Assembly: GCA_964641415.1 (NCBI GenBank)
Contig: CAZXMW010000006.1
Coordinates: 2,088-66,087 of the forward strand
Direction: 5' to 3'
Source of the DNA: an uncultured Thermoanaerobaculia bacterium
Lineage (GTDB): Bacteria; Acidobacteriota; Thermoanaerobaculia; Thermoanaerobaculales; Sulfomarinibacteraceae
Length of the DNA: 64,000 bases
Part shown: one piece after another, positions 35,608-45,025 of the stretch
Layout: each line of letters starts with the position of its first letter
Position numbering within the stretch: position 1 is the first letter of the stretch
Program-made: the position numbers and the translations under genes
Notes under the pieces: generated by a model
What the model was told of the DNA's origin: nothing
Databases searched by the model: none
Seen by the model: the letters and a program-made list of their open reading frames with translations, nothing else

Positions 35608-35824
35608 CGCTGTGTCCTTCCTCGTTGTCTTCGTCGCGCGGGTCGTCGTCGGCAGGGAAGGCGTCGGTCATGACGCCGACCGGCTCGTCGTCGTCGAAGA
35701 TGCTGGTCGCTCCAGCGCCGAAGTTCTGGAGCTGACCGGTGCGCACGGCCCAAACTAGACCGGCGACGGCGGTGAGGCCGAACATGATGACCGAACCGAA
35801 GATGAAGACATAGATGAGGGTCAT
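35591..35824 (-). CDS. ccoS: cbb3 oxidase maturation protein CcoS/FixS-like
   Basis: MTLIYVFIFGSVIMFGLTAVAGLVWAVRTGQLQNFGAGATSIFDDDEP: single TM plus the SGQ(Y/L)..(L/F)..A....(L/F).DD pattern of CcoS. Overlaps the ccoN start. Confidence 0.7.
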   Translation of the reverse strand: MTLIYVFIFGSVIMFGLTAVAGLVWAVRTGQLQNFGAGATSIFDDDEPVGVMTDAFPADDDPRDEDNEEGHSGERSA

Positions 35825-36008
35825 TCTCGGTCGCCTTCGGCACGCAGCTGTGCCGCTCGTGCGCTGCTTGAGAGGATACTCCTCCCAGATATCCGTTGCC
35901 ACCGGCCGAGCTTCCATGTTCTCCCGGGAGCCGCCCGGTCCCGGGCCGATCCGGAATGACCTGCGGTCTGCCGCCGGTTTAGGGAGGGAGCGCGGATCAG
36001 GAGGACTC

Positions 36009-36365
36009 ATGACTGACGCCGGACGATTCGACAGTCTGTTCGCCGCCATCGATTCGGCGGACGTTGACAGATTCATGGCATGGATGACGGACGACTGCAT
36101 CTTCACCTACGGCAGCGGTGATCCGGTGTCCGGTGCGGACGACGTTCGGGCGGCGGTGAGCAGCTTCTTCACGGCCTTCGAAAGCCTCGCCCATCGGGTC
36201 GATGCAACCTGGGAGGTCGATGGTGTCGCCATCACCGAAGGCGTCGTCACGTACACGACCCGCGACGGGCGCTCGGTCACGGTGCCGTTCTGCGACGTGC
36301 TCCGTCTTTCCGGCGACCGGATCCGCGACTACCGGGTCTACATCGACCCGACGCCTCTCGGCTGA
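36009..36365 (+). CDS. SnoaL-like / NTF2-fold protein
   Basis: MTDAGRFDSLFAAIDSADVDRFMAWMTDDCIFTYG... typical SnoaL_2 N-terminus. GGAGG RBS. Confidence 0.75.
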   Translation: MTDAGRFDSLFAAIDSADVDRFMAWMTDDCIFTYGSGDPVSGADDVRAAVSSFFTAFESLAHRVDATWEVDGVAITEGVVTYTTRDGRSVTVPFCDVLRLSGDRIRDYRVYIDPTPLG

Positions 36366-36497
36366 GCTCGCGTCAGCCGGCCGAACCGTCCGGATCAGGG
36401 GAAGCCGGCGGCTGCAGCCGCCGAGGTGACGCACCGCACGTCCGCGATCGTCGTCGGCTGATACGATCGAGACGATCGAAAGGGTGGGGGCGTGGTC

Positions 36498-37688
36498 ATG
36501 ACGCGGTCAAAGGTGTTGCTTCTCGTGCTCGGTGTTGTTCTGTCAATTTCCGGAGATGCCGGTGCGGGAGGGCCCCGCCCGATCGCACATCCCTTCGACG
36601 GCGCCGACACGACCGGCATTCCGTCGTATGCGGTCGAGTGGCCGGTGCAGCGGGTCGCCACCGATCACCTCGTTCTCGGCGCGGACCACATTCTCGACCA
36701 GCAGTGCCACAACGGTGGCTTCGGCTGGCCCCATGACGACTGCTCGGCGACCTTCCACAGCATCACCGGCCCGATTCTGCTCGGCGTGTTGGGTGCGTAC
36801 GCGTTGACCGGAGACGACAGCCTTCTGGTCGGGGCGGTGAACGGGGGCGTGTTCGACCTGACCTATCAATATGACAACGGAGAGGTGCGCTTCGCGACAT
36901 TCACGCCGTTCTTCTTGCTCGAGCTGGCCGCCGCGTCGGGAAACTCGACTTTCTCGAGCTTTGTCGCAACCGAGCTGTTCGACGAGCTCGCCAACGGCAC
37001 GTACGGACCTGACGACCTCGACACGGCGGGTTGGATCGCAGTCATCGAGACCGGCCGGAGCGGTGCGTGGGTCAACCTCCGGCCGTGGGAGTTCCACAAC
37101 CTCGTCGCTTCCGCCCGGGCGCTTGGACACCCCGGTCAAGACGCGCTCTTCGAGCAGGGCGTGCTCGACGGTTTGAACACCCTCGACAACGGAGATCCCA
37201 CAACCGTGTACTCGGACGTCATCGGTCTCGCGGGCGCCGTCCAGGGCCTCGCGTTGGCGCGTCGACTGACCTTCCCCGCGATCGTTGCCCCGCTGCACCC
37301 GGGGGTGCATGCGATCGCCTCCCTGGAGGATCTGGCCGCTTACCTGTCCTCGTTGCAGAACCCTGACGGCTCGTGGAACTGGCACTCGAACGTCGCGGCG
37401 CCGACCATCGAGGACGAGGACGTGCAGACCACGGCCTATGCGCTGCTCGCGCTGCTCGAGGCCGACACCCTGACCGGGATGAGCTATGTCGGCGCGACCG
37501 AGACGGCGCGCGATTGGATCGTGTCGCTCCAGCTGCCCAACGGCGGCTTCCCGCAGTGGCCCGGCGGCGACGAGAACACCGAGGTCGAGGGTGAGGCGCT
37601 GACCGCCGTGGCGGTCTTCGACGCCCGGATCTTCGTCGACGGCTTCGAGTCGGGATCGACGGACCTGTGGTCCGCCCTGTCCCCGTAA
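36498..37688 (+). CDS. secreted prenyltransferase/squalene-oxidase-repeat (alpha/alpha toroid) protein with C-terminal FVDGFESG..W motif
   Basis: Signal MTRSKVLLLVLGVVLSISGDAGA. Repeats QCHNGGFGWP, LQNPDGSWNW, LQLPNGGFPQWPG. Ends ...ARIFVDGFESGSTDLWSALSP. Confidence 0.8.
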   Translation: MTRSKVLLLVLGVVLSISGDAGAGGPRPIAHPFDGADTTGIPSYAVEWPVQRVATDHLVLGADHILDQQCHNGGFGWPHDDCSATFHSITGPILLGVLGAYALTGDDSLLVGAVNGGVFDLTYQYDNGEVRFATFTPFFLLELAAASGNSTFSSFVATELFDELANGTYGPDDLDTAGWIAVIETGRSGAWVNLRPWEFHNLVASARALGHPGQDALFEQGVLDGLNTLDNGDPTTVYSDVIGLAGAVQGLALARRLTFPAIVAPLHPGVHAIASLEDLAAYLSSLQNPDGSWNWHSNVAAPTIEDEDVQTTAYALLALLEADTLTGMSYVGATETARDWIVSLQLPNGGFPQWPGGDENTEVEGEALTAVAVFDARIFVDGFESGSTDLWSALSP

Positions 37689-37871
37689 CCCGGAGCTTCG
37701 GCAGGCCGGGGCCGACGGAGGTCTGATCGACCTGCGTATCTCCAAGGCGGCGGTTCGTCCGAGCCCCGGGCTTGCTTCCATGCGACTGGAGTCGGTGCCG
37801 CGGTCATCCGCGATGATCCGCACAGCGCCCGGTGTCCGGTTCGTTTCGATGGACGTCGCCGATTCGGTTGA

Positions 37872-38034
37872 GACCTAAGCTGAGCGATTCTCACTGGCGA
37901 TCTGCACCAAGCTCCTGGGCCCTGGATAGTTGAGAAAATACTCGACATACCAACGGGTATGCCTCCGTTTTTCGCAACCATCAGCGCATCAGGATCTTGG
38001 CACATCTCATCCAGCAGAATCGCTCAGCTTAGGT
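37872..38034 (+). mobile_element. MITE-like / nested-palindrome element family B, copy 2
   Basis: Arms ACCTAAGCTGAGCGATTCT ... AGAATCGCTCAGCTTAGGT. Relative to copy 1, the G-to-C change in the left arm is matched by a C-to-G change in the right arm. Same orientation as copy 1, with roughly 20 differences. Confidence 0.7.
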
Positions 38035-38352
38035 GAGATTGTCTTTTGAGCCGGCGTGACGACCCTGATATCTTCTCCGGTAGAGATCAGCTTGCGCCGA
38101 ACCCCGGCACCGACCGACATCGCGAGATCCAGGCCGCGTTGCGGACCGGCAAGCCCGATGCCTGGACCATCAACTCCGTGACGCCGACCACCGGGAACGG
38201 TTGCCCGAGCGCGTCGCCGACGACCGGTGGTACTGAGGCCGGCAACCTCGTGTACTGGCAGGGCGCCAACTACGTCGTCGGCGACAGTGGTTCCGTCTCT
38301 CCTGGAGTCTGGCTCCGAGGTTGAGTTACCATGTGATCCGGGTGTGTGCAGC

Positions 38353-39585
38353 ATGACCATGAATGCAAACCGAGACGCCGCTGCTGCCGTGACCGGGAAC
38401 GAGATTCTCCGGATCGTCACTCGGCTCAAGGAGGTCCAAAAGAGGTTTTCCTCCGAGGCCGGAAGCGGTGATCGCTTCGAGCACGCGGCGGAGCGCCTCG
38501 ACGCCATCATCGTCGACCTCGCGCAGCGCGTCGACTCCGCCGGCGATGCCGATGGCCTCGACGACCTGGAGCTCCGTTTGGCCGCGGTCGAAGAGATGAT
38601 CGAGGGCCTGGGTTTCCCAGGCTACGCTCACGTCATCGAAAGCGTTCGCACATCCCTCGGCGGTGCGACTACCGGTGGCGGACCGGACGACGACGACCCG
38701 CCGGTTCCGCGCCGGTTCGAGCCTTCTCCTCGAGCACCGACCGGGCGCCGCTCGGCGCGGACCGCCGCCGCTCAAAGTGACGCGCCGGTGGCATCGAGCG
38801 GTCGACGCCTGTGGGTGTGGCTGGCCGTCGCGATCGTGGTTCTGGTCGGCGGTTTGGCAGCGGCCCTGGCGCTCGGCCTCGTTCCGCTCGACCGGTGGAC
38901 CGAGGCCGAGATCGTCGGCGACGAACTCCCGGTCGGAGATCAACTCGGAGCGCCGATGCCGTGGGGCCGGCCCGAAGCGGGCGCCGACGGAAACCCGGTT
39001 CCGGAAAGCGAGGCATTTCGCGAGACGGCCCGGTTGCTCGGCGAGATCATGGTCGAGATCGACGCTGCCGAAGCCGCGCTCGGCGACGGAGATGTCGACT
39101 CGGCCTTGCGCCATCTGGCGGAGGCCGCCGCCATCGACCGCCACCATCGAGGCGTGGTCGGGGTCGCGGAATCCCTCATTGATGCCCTGCTGGAAGAGGC
39201 CGACGCGGCCTTCGACTCCGCGCAGTGGGAGCTCGCCTCGAAACGTGTCGAGGACGCTCGGCATCTGGCCGACGGGCTGTACCTCGACAGCTCTGCCATC
39301 GAGCACACCGCTCGTCGGCATGCCGCCATGACGAGATTCCGCGACGCCGTCCCGGTCACGGCGGAGGCGGCACGCGCGGCGGTGGGCGGGGCAGTGCGGG
39401 TCACTCTGAGGTCCCGCCACGAGCTGTTCGGGATCCTTCAGGCGATCGATGACGGCCAAATGGTGCTCTCGATCCACTCCGGTGTCCATGGAGGAGGGGT
39501 GGAGTTCGACAAGCGGGTGGCCATGGCCGACGCGGCCGAGCTTCGGGTGTACGAGGCGGACCGGGTCGTCGACGTGATCCGCTAG
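38353..39585 (+). CDS. single-pass membrane protein, unknown function
   Basis: Helical acidic N-terminal region, Pro/Arg linker, TM LWVWLAVAIVVLVGGLAAALALGLV, then a ~220-aa C-terminal domain. No family recognised. Confidence 0.6.
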   Translation: MTMNANRDAAAAVTGNEILRIVTRLKEVQKRFSSEAGSGDRFEHAAERLDAIIVDLAQRVDSAGDADGLDDLELRLAAVEEMIEGLGFPGYAHVIESVRTSLGGATTGGGPDDDDPPVPRRFEPSPRAPTGRRSARTAAAQSDAPVASSGRRLWVWLAVAIVVLVGGLAAALALGLVPLDRWTEAEIVGDELPVGDQLGAPMPWGRPEAGADGNPVPESEAFRETARLLGEIMVEIDAAEAALGDGDVDSALRHLAEAAAIDRHHRGVVGVAESLIDALLEEADAAFDSAQWELASKRVEDARHLADGLYLDSSAIEHTARRHAAMTRFRDAVPVTAEAARAAVGGAVRVTLRSRHELFGILQAIDDGQMVLSIHSGVHGGGVEFDKRVAMADAAELRVYEADRVVDVIR

Positions 39586-39709
39586 GAGCTTGTACCGAGA
39601 TTGGCGATCTCGGCCTGACCGTGCGTGTCGCGAGGGGCGGTGGACGCATCGATGGCCTCACCATCGCAGTACGTCGCATCATCCGAGGACACGGCGCCCG
39701 CATCGGCTG

Positions 39710-40795
39710 TCAGAACTTGAGAGTCATCGCGGTGGCGCCGTACTTCCACGACGTCGGGCCGCCTTGGCTTGGCGGTATCCTGTAGCGGTCCGGGATCGCG
39801 TCCCACCCTTCGTAGATGTTGCCCTTGACGATGATGCGCTGTTTCTCGGGCGGCGTTTCGTCGTCGGGCAGATCGCCGAAGACGTCGTACACCGTGCCGG
39901 GCGGAAACTCCCCGACATAGTCGCCGTACGGCATGAGCTCGTAGAGTCCGTCTCCGTCGACGTCGACCCGGATCCAACCGACCTGGAGAATTTCGACGTA
40001 GGATCCGTCGCCCTGCATGATGCGTATTTCGCTGTTGAAGGCGTCGATGATCCTCTTCGCGTCGGGAAGATCGCGCCGGAGGGCGAAGTAGAGCAGTCGG
40101 CTGGCCATCGGCCGTAGACCGATTTCGAGTTTCGTCTCCACCTCGCGAGGCTGGAACTCGATGAGGTGGCGCGCGACGAGCTCGTCGACAAGCAGGTAGT
40201 CGACTGCGCCGGCGAGCAGCCGGTCGAGGCTGTCCTGGTCGTTGCGCGTGCTGATGAAGAGTACGCCCTTGGCGTTTTCGATCAGCTCGCCGTAGGCGTA
40301 CCGTCCCACCGTGGCGACCCGTTTTCCGGCAAGATCGTCGATCGTGGCCGCGGAAACGTCGCTCCCGGCCCGGCCGATGAGAACCAAACGGTTCTCCAGG
40401 TAGGGTACGGAGAACAGGAGGTCCTCCTCGCGGCGCTCCGAACGCCACATGGCGGCGCTGCCGTCGAAGTCGCCGCGGCGGATTCCTGACTCGACGTCCT
40501 TCCAGCCGATGATGGTGGTGGTCGCCTGGATACCGGCCCGTTCGAGAGCGGTGTGGACCAGCTCGACGGCGGCACGCTCGCTGCCCGGACTGCCGGTGAA
40601 TGGTGGCCACTCGTCGGAAGCCAGCCGGAGCGTTGACGGATCGGCTGCGAACGCGGCCACCGCCGCGCCGGCGAGCCAGGCGGCAGCCGCCAGCCGGAAT
40701 CTGACGATCCGTCGCCCGGTACGGCCCGCCGAACCGACCTCAGCGTGACGAACCGGATTCGAGGCGACATCGCGCGAGGCTGAGGGAGGCAGCAT
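39710..40795 (-). CDS. periplasmic substrate-binding protein (family 3 SBP fold) with extra C-terminal domain
   Basis: Signal region ...FRLAAAAWLAGAAVAAFA. Blocks LRLASDEWPPFTG, DGSAAMWRSERREEDLLFSVPY, VDYLLVDELV. The ~110-aa C-terminal extension contains DVDGDG. ATG 40795 was chosen inside ORF 39710..41254. Confidence 0.7.
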   Translation of the reverse strand: MLPPSASRDVASNPVRHAEVGSAGRTGRRIVRFRLAAAAWLAGAAVAAFAADPSTLRLASDEWPPFTGSPGSERAAVELVHTALERAGIQATTTIIGWKDVESGIRRGDFDGSAAMWRSERREEDLLFSVPYLENRLVLIGRAGSDVSAATIDDLAGKRVATVGRYAYGELIENAKGVLFISTRNDQDSLDRLLAGAVDYLLVDELVARHLIEFQPREVETKLEIGLRPMASRLLYFALRRDLPDAKRIIDAFNSEIRIMQGDGSYVEILQVGWIRVDVDGDGLYELMPYGDYVGEFPPGTVYDVFGDLPDDETPPEKQRIIVKGNIYEGWDAIPDRYRIPPSQGGPTSWKYGATAMTLKF

Positions 40796-41121
40796 GGTGA
40801 AGGTCCTTTCGATTCGCTTTCGACTCGCGCCGGTCGCTCCTGCGGGCGGCGAGGGCCAGGAACCATCGTGCCAGAGATCTCGACCTCCATTATTGCGCGA
40901 TCGGTCGGTGACGGCCAGCCGACAGCGTGATCTTGGGGCGTCCGGACGACACCCCGACTGCGACCCCGGCAGTGTCGTCGCTCGGCGGCGGTCAGGTTTG
41001 GCCCGCGGTTTCGGGACGGCCGGGGTCGGCGTCGGGGACCGTTGACCCGGAATGCGAGTGGAGGCGGTGGCGTCCGCTGCACGTCCGGGCCTTTGCTCGT
41101 GAGTCGGGCGCCTTGCATCGT

Positions 41122-41151
41122 TTGAAGGTTGTGCTAATGTGCACATAGCAT
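41122..41151 (+). promoter_or_regulatory. candidate sigma70-type promoter with overlapping palindrome
   Basis: TTGAAG-N18-TAGCAT in a locally AT-rich patch. The palindrome ATGTGCACAT (41137-41146) overlaps the spacer and -10. Lies 57 nt upstream of the TTG 41208 start. Confidence 0.3.
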
Positions 41152-41207
41152 TTATCGAACGAATTGCGCTCTCCGTTGAACTGAATCCGGAGAGGGAGGA
41201 AATCGGA

Positions 41208-42248
41208 TTGCAGAGCCTCAAGGCGGCACCACGTCGACTGTCATCATCAATCACAGAGACGAAGATTCAGTCGCGTTTTCAACTGAGTCGCGCGGTCGCT
41301 CCGCCTTGGCTCGCGGTGGCGGTGGTGGCGGGATCGTTCGCGTTGATTCCGGCGGCTGCCGGCGCCGGCCAAGCTGAGGGTGCGGGTGCCGACGGGCTCC
41401 GAGTCGTCCTCGACAGAGGTGAGATCGTCATCGCTCTCGACCGGGCCGCGGCGCCGGACTCGGTCCTGGCAATTCTGAAGCTGACGGAGCCCGCCCCCCG
41501 ACCCGACGGCGAGACCGCCGGGTACTATGACGGGCTGACCCTCGACCACACCTGGCCTCACATCGAGCTCGGAACCGGGGTCCGTTCGGACCAACCGGTG
41601 ACGATTCCGCAGGAGATCTCCGCCGAGTCGCTCGGGCTCCACCGCGAGCACATCACTCGAGGCAGTGAGGCAATGAACCTCTGGCAGTTCGAGTTCGCGG
41701 AGGCCAACGAGCGGTGGAAGGCCCGGGGAAACCGCCCGGAGATCTTCGAAACATGGCTCGAGATCTTCGAGCAGACCGGGTCGGTGGACTTTTTGACGGC
41801 GGTATCCAGGAAGGAGATCAACGAGGTCCTCGGCTACCGGTACGTTCGGGGTCGAGAGAGTCTGCGCGCGCGCCGAGGCAGTGTCTATCTCAAGCCCAAA
41901 TCAACCGTGGAAAACAGCCCGGCGCTGCGGATTCTCCTCGCCGATCGGCCGCAGCTCGACGGCCGGGTCACCGTGATCGGTCGCGTCGTCAGCGGCCTCG
42001 AGCTGGCCCACGAGCTCTCACTGTGCGACCTCAAGACGTTCCGCAACCGTCCGGTCTACCAGCCCGTCGACCCGGTGGTGATCCGCCGGTTGGAGGCCGT
42101 CGACCTGGCGGATGCGATTGCGGATGCCGATTCGTCCGGCGACGTCGACCAGCCCGATGGTGGACCGGAGCAGAGTCGGTCCGAGACACGAACCGAAACG
42201 GACAATCAGCCGCACGACGCGGCCGAACCAGAAGGAGGAAGTCCATGA
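41208..42248 (+). CDS. divergent cyclophilin-type peptidyl-prolyl isomerase domain protein (with large insertion), exported
   Basis: GGGAGGA RBS before TTG 41208 (the track start ATG 41139 is also possible). Signal-like WLAVAVVAGSFALIPAAAGA. Blocks GEIVIALDRAAAPDSVLAILKL...YYDGLTLDH and RILLADRPQLDGRVTVIGRVVSGLELAHEL resemble the cyclophilin N- and C-terminal blocks. ATGA overlap with the next gene. Confidence 0.55.
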   Translation: MQSLKAAPRRLSSSITETKIQSRFQLSRAVAPPWLAVAVVAGSFALIPAAAGAGQAEGAGADGLRVVLDRGEIVIALDRAAAPDSVLAILKLTEPAPRPDGETAGYYDGLTLDHTWPHIELGTGVRSDQPVTIPQEISAESLGLHREHITRGSEAMNLWQFEFAEANERWKARGNRPEIFETWLEIFEQTGSVDFLTAVSRKEINEVLGYRYVRGRESLRARRGSVYLKPKSTVENSPALRILLADRPQLDGRVTVIGRVVSGLELAHELSLCDLKTFRNRPVYQPVDPVVIRRLEAVDLADAIADADSSGDVDQPDGGPEQSRSETRTETDNQPHDAAEPEGGSP

Positions 42249-44665
42249 GTCCCTCGATCACCAGAGCGATCATGATCACCCGCATCGATCCCCGGATCAT
42301 CGTTTTCGCGGCAGTCGGCGCGGCGGTGCTCTGGACTCCGCTCGTCGCCGCCCAGAACCCCAACACCTCTCCGGTCCGGGACTTCGCGGCGCCGAGCGCC
42401 CCGTACGAGATGACGGCTGCAGGATCCGTCCCGCGCCACGGGATCGAAGTGCCGCACCTCGAGGGCGGTCCGGTCGCGCCGGTTCCTTCCGAGGTGGTGA
42501 GCATGTCGGAGGTGCTCGAAGCGCCGCCCGAAGAGCTCGTGAACGGTCCCAGGTTCCACATTCAGGGCGATCCGGTCGAGGGCGGGCGGATCAACGGCGG
42601 GACCATCGAAGGCGGCATTCCGCCGGGACCGGAGTCCGAGGTTCCGGCAAGCGACCGCGGCGCGACCTATCTTGACTTCGAGGGCATCGACTCCTCGGGC
42701 TGGATCCCGCCCGATACCGTGGTCGCGGTCGGTCGGTACGACATCGTCGAGGCGACCAACTCCGGCTTCGCCGTCTACTCGAAGACCGGGCGTGAGATTC
42801 AGGGTTACACGACCTTCGCCTCGTTCTTCGGCACCAGCGAAACCCTCTTCGATCCCCGCATCGTCTACAACCCGACGAAGGACAGGTACGTGATTCTGAT
42901 TCTCGAGCGGAACCCGACGACGCAGTCGTCGAGGCTTCGCATCGCGATTTCCCAGCAGGCCTGGGCCGACGGAGACTGGTGGCGGTGGAACTTCAACGTC
43001 GAGCACAGTGACGAACTCGACTGGATGGACTACGCGACGCTCGGCGCGGACGACTACGGAATCTACTTCTGCGGCAACATGTACAACTGGACGGGCGGTT
43101 TCCGGTGGGCCAAGCTGTGGACCTTGTCGCCGGCCATGTGGACCGGTGGCACCGCGGTCGGTTGGCAGTTCTGGGACCTCGAGTTCTCCGGTGGCGACAC
43201 GGCGTTCGGTCTCCAGTTCGCCGACCCCCACTCCATCAACAGCAACGAGGAGTCGTACTTCGTCAACACCTGGTCGGGCTTCGGGTCCGAGGTCGGCCTG
43301 TGGACGGTGACCGGGGACCGGTCCGGCGCTGGGGGCGCACCCGGTCTGTCGGTGACCACGATCAGCGGCCTGCCGTCCTACTACGCTCTCGGGGAGAACG
43401 TCGACCAGCCCGACACCGGCTCTGACATCGACGGGGGCGACAGCCGGGTGATGAACGCCAAGTACGTCAATCGCCGAGTGTTCTTCACCCTGGGCACCGA
43501 TGTCAACAACGACGGGACCGATGGCGGCTGGTACACCGTGAAGCTCGACTCGGATGCCGGAACCCTCGACTGGAGTCACGTTCTCTGGACCAACAACCAG
43601 TACTACACCTATCCCGCGATCACCGTCGCGGGCGGCTCGAACTCGGCCAACATCGGCCTGCTCGGCACCTGGACCAACGGCACCGACCGCTACCCGAGCA
43701 CGATCTACAAGATCTACGACGACCACCCGAACTCGAGCTCGGGCGATTTCCTGCTGTATCAAGGCGGCGTCGCCTCCTATGTTCAGCGCGACTCGAACAG
43801 CCGCAACCGTTGGGGCGACTACAGCGGCGCCGATTACGACTGGGCCTGCGGCCACCTGGTCGGCGCGGCCGAGTTCACGGATGCGCTCAACAGCTGGTCG
43901 ACCCAGATCCTGATGACGACCTTCGACGCCGAGCCCGGCTGCCCGCGGATCGACATCACGAGCCCCGGCCAGGGCGATATGTTCGTCGGCGGAAGAACCC
44001 ATACCATCGACTGGTCGAGGCTCTTCCTTCCAGCGGGCGACGACCTCTTCGTCTTCTACTCCGTCGACAACGGCGCCAGCTGGACGCAGATAGGAGGCGC
44101 TCTCCCGTCGAGCGCGACATCCGTCCAATGGACGACTCCGATCTTCACGTCCACCGGCCAGGGCAAGATCTTCGTCGGTTCCTGGGACGGCAGCGCGTAC
44201 ACCACCACCGACCGCAGCGACTTCAACTTCGACATGGCGGGCTGTGTCGACGATCTCTACGAACCGAACGACGTCTGTTTCGGCGACGAGATTCCGATCG
44301 GAACGTCACAAAACCACGTTGCGTGCGACAACGATTGGATCGCGTTCTACCCGACCGCCGGCGCGACCTACCGCATCGAGACATCGGCACTGCAGGGCGG
44401 CGCCGACACGGTCATGAGCCTCCATGAGGACTGTGGTCCCACAGTGGCCTTCGACGACGACGGCGGCGCCGGTCAGGCATCGCTCATCGACTACACGTCG
44501 ACCACGGGAACCGCCCTCGACGTCGAGGTCACCATGTTCTCCGGCGCCTATGCGGCGGACAAGAGCTACACGATCGCCGTCACCTGCACGACATGCTGCG
44601 ACGGCGCCTGCTTGCTGTTCGCCGACGGCTTCGAGAGCGGTGACACGTCGGCCTGGGGTCCGTAG
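42245..44665 (+). CDS. large secreted beta-propeller-like protein with pre-peptidase C-terminal (PPC) domain and C-terminal FADGFESG..W motif
   Basis: AGGAGGA RBS. Signal ...IIVFAAVGAAVLWTPLVAAQ. RWGDYSGADYD-type propeller block. PPC block DDLYEPNDVCFGDEIPIG...CDNDWIAFYPTAGATYRIET. Ends ...CDGACLLFADGFESGDTSAWGP. Confidence 0.8.
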   Translation: MSPSITRAIMITRIDPRIIVFAAVGAAVLWTPLVAAQNPNTSPVRDFAAPSAPYEMTAAGSVPRHGIEVPHLEGGPVAPVPSEVVSMSEVLEAPPEELVNGPRFHIQGDPVEGGRINGGTIEGGIPPGPESEVPASDRGATYLDFEGIDSSGWIPPDTVVAVGRYDIVEATNSGFAVYSKTGREIQGYTTFASFFGTSETLFDPRIVYNPTKDRYVILILERNPTTQSSRLRIAISQQAWADGDWWRWNFNVEHSDELDWMDYATLGADDYGIYFCGNMYNWTGGFRWAKLWTLSPAMWTGGTAVGWQFWDLEFSGGDTAFGLQFADPHSINSNEESYFVNTWSGFGSEVGLWTVTGDRSGAGGAPGLSVTTISGLPSYYALGENVDQPDTGSDIDGGDSRVMNAKYVNRRVFFTLGTDVNNDGTDGGWYTVKLDSDAGTLDWSHVLWTNNQYYTYPAITVAGGSNSANIGLLGTWTNGTDRYPSTIYKIYDDHPNSSSGDFLLYQGGVASYVQRDSNSRNRWGDYSGADYDWACGHLVGAAEFTDALNSWSTQILMTTFDAEPGCPRIDITSPGQGDMFVGGRTHTIDWSRLFLPAGDDLFVFYSVDNGASWTQIGGALPSSATSVQWTTPIFTSTGQGKIFVGSWDGSAYTTTDRSDFNFDMAGCVDDLYEPNDVCFGDEIPIGTSQNHVACDNDWIAFYPTAGATYRIETSALQGGADTVMSLHEDCGPTVAFDDDGGAGQASLIDYTSTTGTALDVEVTMFSGAYAADKSYTIAVTCTTCCDGACLLFADGFESGDTSAWGP

Positions 44666-45025
44666 ACCGTTCCCGTCAGCTGCCTGCCCCTCGCTGCTTC
44701 TGGTCAGCGTCGGCGTTGTGTCGCTCGTAGCGGTCGGGGTGACCCTGTGGGGGCTCAGGGGAGTCGAGGTCGGGTCGGGCCGAGTCGTTTGCAGGACCCG
44801 TCTCACCTGTGATCCCTCGGGGGTCTGGATTGCGGATCAGATGACACCGAGGATTTCGCTGTGGTACTCCACCAGCGACGGATAGGTCGTCGTCCCGGGC
44901 GATTGAAGGTGCAGGGCGTCGGGTAGCGGAAGGCCCAGGACAGGGCTGCCACGATGCCCGCGACAAGGTCGAACGACAGGAACACCGGCCGTCTCCAACG
45001 CTGCTCGATGTGGGGTCCGGCCCCG

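Noticed and set aside
35825-36008. Search for an FNR/Anr box (TTGAT-N4-ATCAA) upstream of the cco cluster
   Set aside because: No acceptable match was seen on either strand of the ccoS/SnoaL divergent region.
37484-38005. ORFs reading M(Y/C)QD(L/P)DAL(V/M)VAKNGGIP.GMSSIF through family-B repeats (also the N-terminal part of 27153..27884)
   Set aside because: Same situation as above. The similarity is confined to the repeat, and the real DUF2237 gene starts at 27527 with its own RBS.
38046-38324. 92-aa ORF (…AWTINSVTPTTGNGCPSASPTTGGTEAGNLVYWQGANYVVGDSGSVSPGVW) faintly like a carbohydrate-binding module
   Set aside because: It has no RBS, starts inside the flank of MITE-B copy 2, shows weak codon bias and has no firm motif. 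At best it is a gene fragment.
44840-45025. Two short coding-looking minus-strand segments in different frames downstream of the SSF gene (…RPVFLSFDLVAGIVAALSWAFRYP / ALHLQSPGTTTYPSLVEYHSEILGVI)
   Set aside because: No start codon, a required frameshift and no recognisable family. It is possibly a decayed remnant but is not supportable as a feature.
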